Positions 1 through 14,042 of a stretch of DNA of 64,000 bases are shown piece by piece. The stretch is from the human T2T-CHM13v2.0 reference genome, Homo sapiens. The position numbers were made by a program, and so were the translations under genes. The notes beneath the pieces are model-generated. The model searched no databases. It was not told the DNA's origin and saw only the letters and a program-made list of their open reading frames with translations. Location of the stretch: NCBI RefSeq assembly GCF_009914755.1, contig NC_060929.1; one strand, given 5' to 3'. How positions within the stretch are numbered: the stretch's first letter is position 1; every line of letters starts with the position of its first letter.

Positions 1-99
1 TTCTAAGTTATCAGAAGGTTTCATTTGGAGGACGCAGAGAGTTATAAGATCCAATTAAAAATAAAAATAAAAAAACCTCACAGAGAAGGTAATAGTTTC

Positions 100-243
100 A
101 TATACTTATATATGTATGTGACATACATATGTATATGATTACCATATATATACACGCCATATATATATATACACACATGCCATATATATATGTATATATA
201 ACATGTATATATATATATGTATGTGTGTGTACATATATATATA
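100..243. repeat. (TA/CA)-rich low-complexity microsatellite
   Basis: Degenerate alternating TATA/CATA/TGTA run. Confidence 0.85.
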
Positions 244-1769
244 ACTGGGTCCATTCATTTTCCTGCACTTCTGTTCCAAATATATTTCTCAAAGTCAAAC
301 TCTTAAGGGCTGATGCCAAATAAGATGACTATGCCTTCAGGCAGGAAGAAATACAATTCCGTAATTCTGGTAATTCTGATTCATCTTGTTCTTTCTGTCT
401 AGATGACAGTTTTCTTTTTGGTAACTGACATTGAAATATAGAACCTGCAAAATCAGCCATTTATCACACCAAGTCACTAGAAGGCTTCACATCTGAATAG
501 CAGGAATGTTGCCTCTTACTAAGTCACACATGTCATTTTTTCTCCAAAATAATCTGGATATGATTGCATGTGATCAGTTTGCATCATGTGAGAAAGATGT
601 ATAGTGTTCTCCCTCATCCTCATTATGATTTGCATTATACTGAGCCATCACTCCAAATGCTCCATTATGGACGAGGTGCAACCATGGTGATTTTATTTTT
701 CACTGATCTGGGGAAGCAAAAGAGACTGTCATCAACAGTTGATTATGGCATCCTACATTTCTGCTGTAACACAACCCTGAAATAACAGTAGATGGCAAAT
801 TTTTAAGTCACTTTTTGTCAAAATAATACCTATCATGTCTACTTTGCACCACATATATGCTGTTAGAAGAAAATAATTTCCTTCTTTATAAAATAAAATC
901 TAAAATCCCCATTTCAGGGTAGAGTCAAGATAAGAGTCTATCATATATAGTTTTATCTGTGAATACTATGTTTAACTTCAGGGAAAATAGACATGAATGG
1001 AAATAAACATATATTTACTTTACTTAAGTGGCAGGGCATTATCCATGAGCTTGTGTACAAGAAAAATGTCATAACATAATCATAAATGTGGCATTTATTG
1101 GAAAAATGATCACCTCCATAAGCCATTTACAACCAAAGTGTCAACAATACTCTTAGTTTCTTTGTGAAATTTTAGATAACTTTATTTAAATATATCAAAT
1201 TTTATTCGTGAATTCTACAAAAGCATAGACGCAAATAAATAATAATGGATTTCCACACCAGAGTAGAGAACTCAAAAACTAGCAGCTTTTTGAACACTTC
1301 TGTCTACAGAGAGCACTGGAACATTGGTGGCATAAGCAAACAATAAATTGCCAAGCAACTTGTATTTTCATACATTGTTCTTTACTTCTCTTGGTGTGAT
1401 AAAAATTGGTCCTCTCAAGGTAGAGAGTGACTGGAGTAAAAAAGTGAACACATTAGTGTCTCCCTAACATCACTATTTCACATGGCTCACATGTTCCCAC
1501 ACCATCAAAAGCCTAAACCTGAATAATGCAGGCCCTGGCCCTGCTTACTGAGAATACTCATTACTATTATTGTTTTATTATCTAGGTTGTAAACTCTTTC
1601 ATAAAGCTCTCAAAAAATCACCTACTTAAAAAAATCACAAAGGAAAAGATAGAACAAAAACTGCTAAAAAGTTGGAAAAAACTTTTCTGAATCTTTGTAA
1701 AAACTTTGGTGAATAGAAGCATATTAATAAGTATACAATTCAGGATAAAATGCTTATTAGTAGAGAACA

Positions 1770-2680
1770 AAAACATTAAAATATAAATGATTTTAGTATT
1801 ACAATTAAAAGGAATAGATTTTCAGGTTTGATAAATAAAAAGACTCAACTATATATTATCTACAAAAAGCTCACTTGAAACACACACATTGAAAATAAAA
1901 TATAAGGCTGGGTGCAGTGGCTCACGCGTGTGATTCTAGCACCTTAGGAAGCCAAGGCGGTGGGTCACCTGTCAGGAGTTCGAGACCAGCCTGGCCAACA
2001 TGGTGAAACCCTGTCTCTTCTAAAACTACAAAAAATTAGTCGGGCATGCTGGTGGGTGCCTGTAATCCCAGCTATGAGGCTGAGGCAGGGGAATCACTTC
2101 AACTCAGGAGGAGGAGGTCGCAGTGAGCTAGGTGAGATCATGTCATTGTACTCCAGCCTGGGCAACAAGAGTGAAACTTCAACTCAAAATAAAAAATAAA
2201 AAAAAAAAAGAAAATAAAAGAAATTATTAAAAAACATATATTATACAATTATTAAAGTACAGTGGCAATATTAATATCCAACAAAGTAGACATCAGAGGT
2301 AAAGAGAGTCATTTTATAGGGATAAAGGCAGCAATTCACCAAGAGGACATAACAATCCTAACTATGTATGAAATTAACAGCATAGCTTCAAAGTATCTAC
2401 AATAAAAACTGATAGAACTGAAAGGGGAAATGGAGAAAGGCAAAATCATTGTTTAGTATATTAATATCCTTTTCTCAAGAACTGTGAGACCAAGCAGTCA
2501 TAAAATCAGTAAGGATATGGAAGATTTGAACAACATTGTTAATTGAGTAAATTTGACCTAATTGACTATTACAGAACATTCTAATAAATAATAGTAGAAA
2601 AACATATTTTCTTGAGTGAATATAGAACATTCACTGAGACAGACCATATTCTTGGCAATGAAGTGATTCTCCATAAATCA
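1770..2680 (+). mobile_element. Old L1M ORF2 endonuclease-region remnant, interrupted by an Alu
   Basis: Degenerate similarity to the L1 endonuclease region (CAATTCACCAAGAGGACATAACAATCCTAA, AAAATCAGTAAGGATATGGAAGATTTGAACAAC). Boundaries approximate. Confidence 0.65.
1906..2209 (+). mobile_element. AluS (Sq/Sx-like)
   Basis: Dimeric Alu with poly(A) tail. GAAAATAAAA occurs on both flanks. Confidence 0.92.
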
Positions 2681-3499
2681 GAGTAAGGTGTAAAACTCAA
2701 AGATAATTAAATATATGATAGTAATATAATTTACTGGTAGCCAAAGAATCCTAAAGTAGTTAATTTGTAAGTACTTTCTAAGTCTGAATTCTTTAAAAAA
2801 CAAAGTCCAAACAAAAGTAACACATTATAAGCAAAATGTACATATTGTGAGTAACACTTAAGATCTGGGTTTTATTGCTTGTATTTCAAGTGTTCTCAAA
2901 ATTTCAAGTCAGTAAGTTTTCCTTATAAAAAAATTACTCTTATTATATCATACATTTATAAGACATGCTCCCTATTGGTTTAGACAAAAAACTAAATCTT
3001 AAGAATTGTAATTATCTTAAGTGTGAAAGTTAGGAAATTAAATTATGCTAATATTCATCCACAATTAATAAATTATTAAACTCACACTAAATCTAATGTT
3101 TTGAAACCTGAAAATTGGTACTTCCATTAATGGAGTAATGTAAATTCCTATTAAGGTTGAGTTCACTTACAAAAAGTAAGTAAAATAAAGATTAATTTAT
3201 AGTTGATATACCCCAGAGGCTGCTCTGAGGGAGTCCCCCAGGGTAAGTGCCAGTTCCTGCTAATACCTAAAAGAGTGTCTATCAGCTTTCTAAGCACCTT
3301 GTGAGCTTGGGAGGGAGATCATATGGTAGCACCATCATCGGCCCCCTAATGCTTCCACTCTTGTTCAAATTATAGCACACGCCAATCAATAGGGACCCTG
3401 CCTCAAATCTTACCTGCCTCTTTTCCAAAACTAGTATATACCAGTTTCAGTCATATTTAAGCAGAGAGGGAGCAAGGTCTATTCAAGATTTTGAACAAC

Positions 3500-3700
3500 A
3501 GAGTATGGATTTATATCCTGGCACTATAATTTACTAGCTGTGCAATATGGGGAAATTGTTAATCTCTCTGTGCCTCAATTTCTTCACTTTTTTATGGTGA
3601 CAATGATACTACCTACTTCATAGAGTCACTATGGGGCCTAATCAAATTAATATTTTTAAGAGCTTAGAATAGCATGTGGCTCCACAGTAAACAATGTGTT
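3500..3700 (+). mobile_element. MIR
   Basis: MIR core (TTACTAGCTGTG...CTCTCTGTGCCTCAATTTCTTCA...ACCTACTTCATAG). Boundaries approximate. Confidence 0.7.
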
Positions 3701-4429
3701 TGCTAAAAATATCATGGTGTTGCCTAAAACCTTTCAAAGATTTCTTATTGTCCTCAGGGACAAAGTCTATACTCTTTAATTTGACTTTCAAAACACCAAC
3801 TTATCTTTCAAACCTCATCTCTGTATACCTAAGCTATGAGGACTTAAGTTTCTTGAAAAATCCCTTACATGTCTTTTTACTTAAGGAATTTACCTTGGCT
3901 AGAATGTATTTCTTTGGCTTTCTTGATAAGTCCTAGTCTTCTTATAAGTCTTATTTCAGGTATCACTTTCTCCCTGGAGCCTTCCTTAGCCTCTAAAGCT
4001 GTGATACATCCTCAAAGAGAACTGTTTTTTTTAAATTTTTTATTTATTTGTCTTTTACTCATATGACTAGACTTTAGGCTATTTAAGAAATTAATTTTTG
4101 TGTATTGTTGTAATGTATATGCATAGCATATGAGTCCAATATATATTTATTAAAAAAATGAATAATCAATTAATGGGTCATACAGGAGCTATATTATAAA
4201 AACGTAGATCACATTTCCTCCACTATGACCTCATTAGCTAGCTAGATGGTTGTCTGGGACCAAAAACATCCATGAGAGAAAAACAAAGAGATCAACCTGG
4301 TTGGTGATTTTATTTTGAACAGTTACAAAGGTAATATAAGTTAGTCACAGGCCTACTTGGTGATCCGTTCAAGACATACCCTGTCTCCATCTCTCAGCAA
4401 GTCCAACTACTGAAGTAATGCTATTAAGC

Positions 4430-4770
4430 AAATTGCTTCAGTTCTCTGACTCCCAGTTACTTGGTAGGACTGTTCTTCTTGACTTTCTTGCAGTTGGTTG
4501 AGGCCATGTGACATTTTGGCCAAAAAGTTATAAGAAGTGAAATATATCACTTCTGAGTCTGATTGTTTAAAACCCTACAGAGCTATCTATCTCCCTGTCA
4601 AAATGACTGGCAGTGGTCATGATGGAGCTGCTTAGTCAGTCTACATCCAGGTATGAGATGACAAGAAGCAGGACCGCTAGCCCACCTATGATGGTTATGT
4701 AGTGGGAGTGACATATTATCATTTGCTGTGAGAAGCTACTAAGATATTTTTGCCTGCATGATAACATTCC
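4430..4770. mobile_element. Ancient ERVL/MaLR-type LTR remnant
   Basis: CTTGCAGTTGG..GAGGCCATGTGACATTTTGGCCAA..AGAAGTGA resembles MLT1/LTR16-type LTRs. Boundaries approximate. Confidence 0.45.
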
Positions 4771-5491
4771 CAATATTGAAAAAAAAATTGTCTTCAGGAA
4801 ACTATTGACAACTCACAGACTACATACTGGAGCATGTGGATCAAGATTTCTAAAAACTCTGGGAAAACACTCCAAGGAAACTCTCTCCCAAATTCTATGA
4901 AATCTTTGTATTATTTTGTAGGCTCAAGTCTGTAACAATAACATTCTTTGCATGACAGAGCTATGAGGAAACTATTTTGATTGTTTCTTTGGAAAAAAAT
5001 GAACTTTAAAAAATCATATAATTTAGGAGAATATGTTTCTAGAATAACTATTGTAAAATTTTAACAAATTTAAGTTGTAGTTCTTAAGCTGAAGCATTTG
5101 CTTTTCATGTCAAATAATAACTGAACAAAATAAATTATCATCCAGAGATTTATACTGGGTAGAAAGGAAAATAATTAATCTGATACGTTTGGTCTTGCAA
5201 GTTGAGTAAGATACTTTGCCAATTTGGAAATGTTCTATCTTGAATTTAGTCATCTCCTTAATTGCTTTTATTTTTTATACAAATGTTGTGGGTTTTTGCA
5301 GTTTTGAGAGGCAGAAAATGAATGATATAGCAATTAATAAAAACATAAAATTAATGGTTCTTCAACTAAGGGGTCGATCATACTGGTTTCCTCAACCTCA
5401 ATACTCCATTCTTCAGTTCAAGGTACAATGGAATTTATAGCAGCCTGAGTCTCTGAAATAGGACTTCCTTGATCCAATGCTAATGTTCCAT

Positions 5492-5516
5492 TGTGTGTGT
5501 GTGTGTGTGTGTGTGT
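5492..5516. repeat. (TG)n microsatellite
   Basis: About 12 TG units. Confidence 0.9.
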
Positions 5517-8500
5517 CTGTTTCCTGATAAGGCAATTATATTTATTTTCTCCCAGTTATAAGAAAAATGACTAATAGATATTTTGCTGACAAACTGTTAG
5601 CAAATCTTCTGGTGAGAAATGTGACAAAAGAGGAGGATGAGGAAAAAATTCTGCTTCCATAAAGGTAAAAGTGGTTTTAAAAATTCATAGTATTAGCAAG
5701 AATTGTTTTTCTTGGAACACAGAGACAGGAATTGATTTCCTAAGAGTACGAATTACAGCTGGGATCCTTTGACCTCTCACTTATTAGAAAATAGGTATTA
5801 TTATCTAACCCGAAATTCTGGTTAATTTCACTGCCTGCTATTTCTCCCCCAAACAAGAGTAACAACAGCAATGACAATAAAAACACCATCAATAAACAGT
5901 CCTACAACTGAAGAGATATTTTACAACAGCTTTTGGTGGAAAGAATGCATTGGTTTTTCAAACAGAATCTATCAATACATGGATTCTCTGACAATAGCCA
6001 CAACAGACACAGGTGTTGGAAGTGACTCCATGCTGAAATAGAAGCTGGGGGGTACAAGTAAATGAATAATATACTCATGGAAAATGTGAAGACAAGTGAA
6101 GCATTTTGAATAAGGTAAGTGTTTTCAGAACTACAGGATAACTGATTTGCTGTTGGTCATGCAAGTGCCTGAATGCAGCAGTTTCTTGATAATCTGTTAG
6201 ATATTTCTAATTGTTTATTTAGTAATTGTGAAAATTTCCTGGTTAAGAGTCTCCTACAAGGGCATCCATACTACAAGAAAAAGAGAGAGAGAGGAACTAG
6301 GTTCACTTTTTGTTAAGTTCTCTGACTAAATGCAGAGTTTTTAAGACTGCCTATAAAATTAAAATATATTGTTATTTCTCCCTAAAAACAACAAAAAAAC
6401 CATTTAAGGATCTTTCAAAAATGTGTATGATTTGAATGCAAATGAATGTCTCATATTATATTCTAGAATAAGGAAGTTATTTTGCAATCTCAAAAGCATA
6501 TTAATATTATTTTAAATATTTTTTTTAACTCAGGAAATCTCACCTTTTAGTAAAGCATGGTATGTAACAGCCCCTTTTTATTTCAATTGACTAATCAAAG
6601 GATTGTAATCATCTGGCCAAAACATCACTATTCCCCACTCCTGCTCTCTTAGAAGCCTTTCTAAATAGATAGTGGAGGTCTTTCCAGTGGAGCCAAAATG
6701 TGGCTTTAGAGCCATTCTCGAAATATTCTATTCAATAATTCACAATACATGAGAATTCATACATATTTGTTATGATCATTTATTTCCTTTTCTAATTCCT
6801 CCACAAAAATACAAATTTTCTTTTAGCAGGGGTTACTATTCATCTTTATATCAGATAGCACAGCTCAGCATATGATATACATATGGCCAATTAATATATG
6901 ATTAAGTTCTATATTTGATATTATAAAGATATGAAATTTTCACATGAAAGTCTCTCATTTTTATTTCGTATAGCTAGTATATAATTACATATGCAATGTT
7001 TAACTGGTTGTATAAAATCACATATCTAAGAAATGTAGTACTAAACAGAGTTCTTCAAAAATTGCAGCATTTTACCACGACATGTGCTCACTAAAAATTT
7101 TTTTCACCTGAAGTCATAAGCTTACCTACTTTCAAGCCATTGAAAATGTCTGAAATATATGAAATAATGATTCAACTAAATGAGAAGGGTGAAGGATTTA
7201 GTTGGTTAAGTTCCCAATAACACTTAGAAACAATAAAACAATCATCTTTGACATTAGGCAAATCTGGGTAATAGGGCGGCAGGAAGACTTCAGCAAAACT
7301 GTGAATTTTTAAAAATTTTTATTGCTTACTGGTGCCCTCCTTTCTCCTCTGCCAGTCAATCTAAACTTATCACATTCTAGATGAACCTTCTGCTCATACA
7401 AATGAACATTCTCTCCCTCAGATTGTGACACTCACATTCATACACCTATCCTTTCTGTATAAAGAATTACTCTCAGCTACCTGTCAACCAACAGCCTGCT
7501 AACATGTTACCTAGTAATAGCTTAAAGTATATTTCATATCTTCTATGATACTCTTGAAGATGATAAAGATCTTGAAACATAAATTAATCATTCCCAATAG
7601 TGAAATTTTAGTTATTAATATCACAATTCCCAAGAAATGTTTGAGAGCAGAAAACTGGTCACTTAGAACTTCAAGAATCCATTACTCATAACCTAGCAGT
7701 CAAGAGAGTGAATGCATCTACTACCTTGCAATCTATACATCATCTAATATTATTCTAAAGTCAGTGTTTATGTGAGCCTAAAATATTACAAATCTAGAAG
7801 TTCTTCAATAACTCTTTCCCAACACATTGGTAATTACTGGCACTCCTTGGTAATCACTGTTATTACAAAGTTGTCTCGCTTCTACAACAAATATGTGTCA
7901 GGAGAAGAAAGAGGAGTGATCTTTACTAGATTAAAGATTATCTAGAGCTACATTTCTCTCAATTTCAGTCTAGATAAAAATGAGAAAATATGTTTTAATT
8001 GTACCAGATTGTTAAAAGCTATGAATTCGAATGCTTGTGATTCATTGCCAGTTAACTGAAAGGAGTTGTTCTGAACATTTATCCTTCTCCTTAGTATCAT
8101 CCAAAATGAATATTTTCACACAATGAAGAACCACTTCCCACACTAAGAAACTGTCACACTCACAAAGCTAGTTGATCTCCCAAGCATTACTGCTAGGTAC
8201 TGTTAGGTAGTTATAGTTCCTGGATTCTAAATTTAAAAGCACATTTTACCACAATCCAGATTCTACTATTTTAATCTCAGCTACGATCCAGAATATTGAG
8301 GAAGAAAAAAATTTCATTCTTTCATAGATTCTGTGAAAGAATCAGTGAATTAACTTGACAAGCTAATTATATCTTATATAAATATGCTCTTTAGACTTTC
8401 AATTTTAGAGTTCACAAAGCACTTTCATATGAATTTTCCATTTATCATTCACATTTTTTAAAAATGAGAAAAATGTCTGAAAATGACTTGCACAAGATAC

Positions 8501-9777
8501 TCCTGATTCTCATTTCAGAATTCTGAATTCCCCCATTCTCAACTCACATCTCCACAAAAACAACAAAAAGAGCAAAATTGAAATAATTATTGTAAAAATT
8601 CCCACCTATAAACAATCTCAATGGGAAACCCTTTCTGATCCCACTACTCCTGACTTAGATAGGATTGTATCAAAATAGCTACCATTCCTTTATTTTGCAG
8701 CTGCTTCAAATTATCTGGAGCCCTGGGACCAGTCTCCAGAATCCTTCCTTACTCAACGTCTACTTTCACTTTAAAATGTAATAAGAAAAAGAATTTAGCT
8801 GTCTTAAAAAATGGTCTAAATGGCAGACTTAACTCAAAATAGCCACCAGAATTATATAACCAACCAAATGTATTTCCTTTTCACACTAAGACACGACTCA
8901 TCTGATACAAAATCTAAATTGCACACATCAGCAAGACAGAAAAAGAAGTCAAAGCAGGTCTTTCTCAGCCATTACCTGTTGCAACTGAAGGGCTCTAATT
9001 TTATTTACTCTTGAGCTTTCATAATACAGTTACAGTGCCTCATAAATTGACTTTCTGTGACAATTGGTGATATACTTCAAAAAGTATGTTTATATTTAAA
9101 TCAATCACTCTTTTGAAATAAAGCAGGCATAATCTTGTTTTCCAAATTTTAAATTAGTAAAAACACCTTTGACATTGAATCAGACTAAAGTGAAAGACTG
9201 GTTTATTAGAAAATGATAGTAAAAAAGCATGTATTTTCCCTTTTTCATTAGATAAGTATATTTAACATTTTCATCAGAGATTAGTTTGAGTTCACCTAGT
9301 TATTTGTAACAATAAAATATTCTTGGATGTCACTGTACCCCTTTCCAATGTCCATCATGTATCATCACACCTTTCTTATTTGTAGATAGGGGCACTATAT
9401 ACAAGACCAACTAAAGTGACTCGTTCAACTGAGATAATTACTAGGATAATTAAAGTAACCCATGCTTATTATAAAACACTCTGGCAATTAAACCAGACTT
9501 CAAGTTTAAACCAGAAGCACATCACAAATTTTGTCTCCAACTTTCATAAACCAATAGTATTAGCAACTTTCACTCTAATAGCACACAAATGAGTCTAAAA
9601 TAGCAGTAGCCATAATATATATGGTATCTGCATGCACAGAGAAAGGAAAAACTAAGACATCTATTCGGAAACTGGACAAATGTAAGGCTAAATGTGCTTT
9701 GTCCTAAATTAGCCTGATTCATCTGCTGCTTCAGTTCTTCAGTTGGTATATTTTGGGGATAAGTAATGCATAATAAG

Positions 9778-10062
9778 GGTCAGGCACACTGGCTCGTGCT
9801 TGTAATTGAAGTGTTTTGGGAGGCTGAGGTGGGAGGATAGCTTGAGGCCAGGAGTTCCAGACCAGCCAGGACAATATAGCAAGACCCTGTCTGTAAAAAA
9901 GAAAAATTTTTTAAATTAGCCAGGAGTGGTGGCATGCACCTGTAATCCCAATTGTGTGGGAAGATCCCTTGAGCTTAGGAGTTCAAGGTTGCAGTGAGCT
10001 ATATAATCCCACCACTGCACTTTAGCCTGAGCAAAAGAGCAAGACCCTATCTCTAAAAAAAG
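9778..10062 (+). mobile_element. AluJ
   Basis: J-type diagnostics (GAGGCCAGGAGTTC, GCAAGACCC, GTGAGCTAT). TSD AGTAATGCATAATA at 9762-9775 and 10063-10076. Confidence 0.9.
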
Positions 10063-10579
10063 AGTAATGCATAATAGTATTTATAATTCTTTCAATATCT
10101 GACAGGGCAATAAGCACAATAAAGGGATAACAAACTCATTTTGAGATTTTTATATTTTAAATTCATAGAAACATTCATAATATAACTTAAATTTCAATAA
10201 ACTTTTTAGTTTCAAAGTGTATGTTCAACAATAACATCTCATTTGAACCTTAGATTCTATGAGATTGGACAGAAAATCATCAATATCCCCATACTGTCAA
10301 TGAGGAAGTTGATTAATTTTTCCATGATTTCTAAATTCCCTTGGAAGATTTCCCAGACTTTGCCACTTGGAAGGTCATATAGTTTCACACTTAGGTATGA
10401 AAGTGGCCATATTTAGTGTGCTTTCCCTAGAACCTCTCTTCTACTCCCTACCACACACTCATATACAATACCTTTCTCTTGGCTTTGTTGTTTACACTAT
10501 AAATGCTTGTAATACTGGATTCAAGACATTGTTGTTTTATTTATCGGTTTGTCTATTTACATGTTTTCTTTTCCTGCTG

Positions 10580-11560
10580 AATTGAAATTCCATTGAGGGA
10601 ATAACTGAAATCATCTAGCAAGTACTTTAGAGCCCAGTTATTTCCCCGACACTATGCTAGGAACTGAAGATGCAGGAAAGCTATGATATCTGCCCTTTTG
10701 GAATCTAATATGTAATTGTAAAGGCACAGATTTAGAGAGATTACAAATTGATGAATGTTACAAAGCAGAAGCACAAGGAGCTATACTAGATCCATTATAG
10801 ATGGAACTAATTGTGTCTGAGAGATTAGTTAATTCTACCTGAAAGAAGCAATGCGTAAATAAAATGAGATGGATAATCTGAAACTGTTGAAAGGAAAAAA
10901 GTTCTAGAAAACATGAACACATATTTTCATGAACATGAAACATAGGATTTGAAATGTGGTATTTGGCAAACTAAAGAGGTTCAACATAGTTAAAGAATAT
11001 GAGCAAAGAGTTTCTCAGGTTGAGGGAGTTTGGCCAGAAACAAATTTCAAAGGGCCTTGAATATTGCATTGTATATTGACAGTAATGAAATGTTACAGAA
11101 ATATTTTCAGCAGGTGGGTAATATGGTAATAGTTACTCTTCAAAACTACCACTTTTGAGTTCCTGAGAAGGCAAGCAAGGGTGAATTTTAAAATAGTTAT
11201 GAATGGAGAATAGAAATCCAAATGAGACACAAATTGGCTTGGACTAGGATGGTGATAAGGGGATCAAGTGAAGAAGTTACAGGATTCCAACCACAATTGG
11301 GAAGTAGTAGAATCAGTAGGACTTGGTTATTTCTTAGAAATTAAAAGAGAAGGAGAAGAACACTTTTTAGATTTCTGACTTGAGCAACAGGAAATAAGGG
11401 AAAAGGAGATTTAAAGAAAAAATGAACCTACTGAGCTTGAGGAACTCATGAGATACCTTTGTAGATGTCACTGAGTCATGTGGACATTGAGGCAACTGGG
11501 TATATAATTTAGAAACTTGGATATCAATCTGATTATTATCAACATATAGCCATGGAATTA
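10580..11560. mobile_element. L2 remnant
   Basis: Degenerate purine-rich L2-like sequence (TAGATTTCTGACTTGAGCAAC, GAGCTTGAGG...GTAGATGTCA). Boundaries approximate. Confidence 0.45.
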
Positions 11561-11822
11561 TAGAAAAACCTGCAAAACAAGAAAACAGATTGGGACAAGG
11601 ATTGGGCTAATTAAGAAGGCAGAATGTTTTAATCTTAAAATGGGAAGCATGAACATTTCAAATCAGATCTTATATTCTGACATTTAACTGAGATTTCCAT
11701 GTCAAAAGCACTGAGATGATACAGATCTGCCACGGGGCACTGACCAAAGAGCATTCATAAAATTAAGCCTTACCTCTAACATATGTATATATACACCACG
11801 CACACCCTGTTAAAACTTTTTA

Positions 11823-12101
<279 letters not shown>

Positions 12102-13682
12102 AGTTGCCTTGACTTAACATCTCATTTCCAAATAGAACTCATTACATTGTACATTAAAACTTCAGCATATCTGTTAAGCTATCACATTAAAAAGTAAATA
12201 ATATAATATTGAAAACAATTATCTCACAATACTAATAATTGTTTAGAGACGGAACTTAAAACTCTGTTTAATTGGAGAAGAAAGTATAGTTAGAAATCAT
12301 TTTACATATACGAATATCCATAGTCATCTTTTTCTTTTTTTCAAGAAATGAACTAGCCAAGCAAATAGATGATTCTAGGAGAGTGTAAATGAATAACTTC
12401 AAAGAAAACAGTCCGGCATTTTAAAAGATAGAACCTTAAAGTAACATAACCAATAGAGGACACCTAGTGGTCTTTAGCAGAATCAATATTTGCTTGCAGA
12501 AAATATCAGGCAATTCACACACATGCAATAATGTTGGTGTCAGTAGATGTGCTAATTTCAGAAAGATGTCATCATATATTTATAAATATTACAGAAATAT
12601 CAGTTTAAATATTTCAGATAACTTCCATATGCTTCATTTCATTTGAACTTCACAACTGTTTGATTGTTCATGGGCATAAATAAGTCACTTTATGTGATTT
12701 TCCCTAGATTACATAGAAAATAATGTCGCAGTTGAAATATACACTAATTTCTGGTATAGAATCCATTCCATACCATCATAAAAATTGAAACCTCCAATAT
12801 AATTGATATTTAAAATTGTAAAACACTGCAAATAGACTTCATAGAAGGCCTTATCATATTTCATTAACCGATACAAACATTTTTTGACAGCAAGAGTACT
12901 TGGCAAAGATAAACCTTTTTTTAGCTATCTAAAAAAGTACTGTGTTTGACACCGACTGCATACAAAAAAATGCGAGGAAGTGATAAACCTCTCTTCTAAC
13001 TGGTGGTGTTAGCTCTATCCACGGTGGCCTCCAACCCCCTTCATTCTGTAGCACTCTAAAATGTAAATCCCCTGCCTAAAATGTATCAATGGCACCTTTT
13101 GATTAAGTCCATCATTAGCACAAATTCTGGTCTACATCTCCAAACTCAATCTGGGAATCTGCATCTACTGCACTAGGCTGCTTGTATCTCGTGTCTTCTG
13201 GAACACACTCTTCTCCCTGGTCCACTTGTTCAGCCTGGTAATCCATTCTCCAGATTCAAAATTCAGTTCAGTATGTTTCAAGGCCTCCTCTTGTGCAAAG
13301 CAATTGTGTTGCTCACTCCCTTATTTGTGCCACTACTTCCCACATCATCTGTGATTATTTGCTCACATCTGCTTTTCTTACAAAACTGGCATCAGTCTTC
13401 TATCCTTATTTGCAGCATCTCCACATACAGATTACTCAGTAAATGCTTGGGAGTGAAGAACGGATACTCTCTTATTATTATTTAACGGATTTAGAACATG
13501 GGAGATTGCCAGTATTTAGCGGATAAACATGCTCTGATTATTTATTGTGTTTATAACCCTGCACTAATATACAAAAAGATTCAAGGGCAAAATTTGACAC
13601 TGATTCTTCCCTATGATATCTATGTCTGGCAAAAGGAAAGCAAAATGTGTGTAATAAAGCATTAGTAACCAAATTATCATGA

Positions 13683-14042
<360 letters not shown>

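Noticed and set aside
98-323. Y/I/H-rich ORFs on both strands
   Set aside because: Translations of a TA/CA microsatellite.
13011-13031. RE1/NRSE-like sequence AGCTCTATCCACGGTGGCCTC (HCN1 is a known REST target)
   Set aside because: The GGTGCTGA half-site is broken, so the match is only partial. No convincing RE1 was seen in this window.
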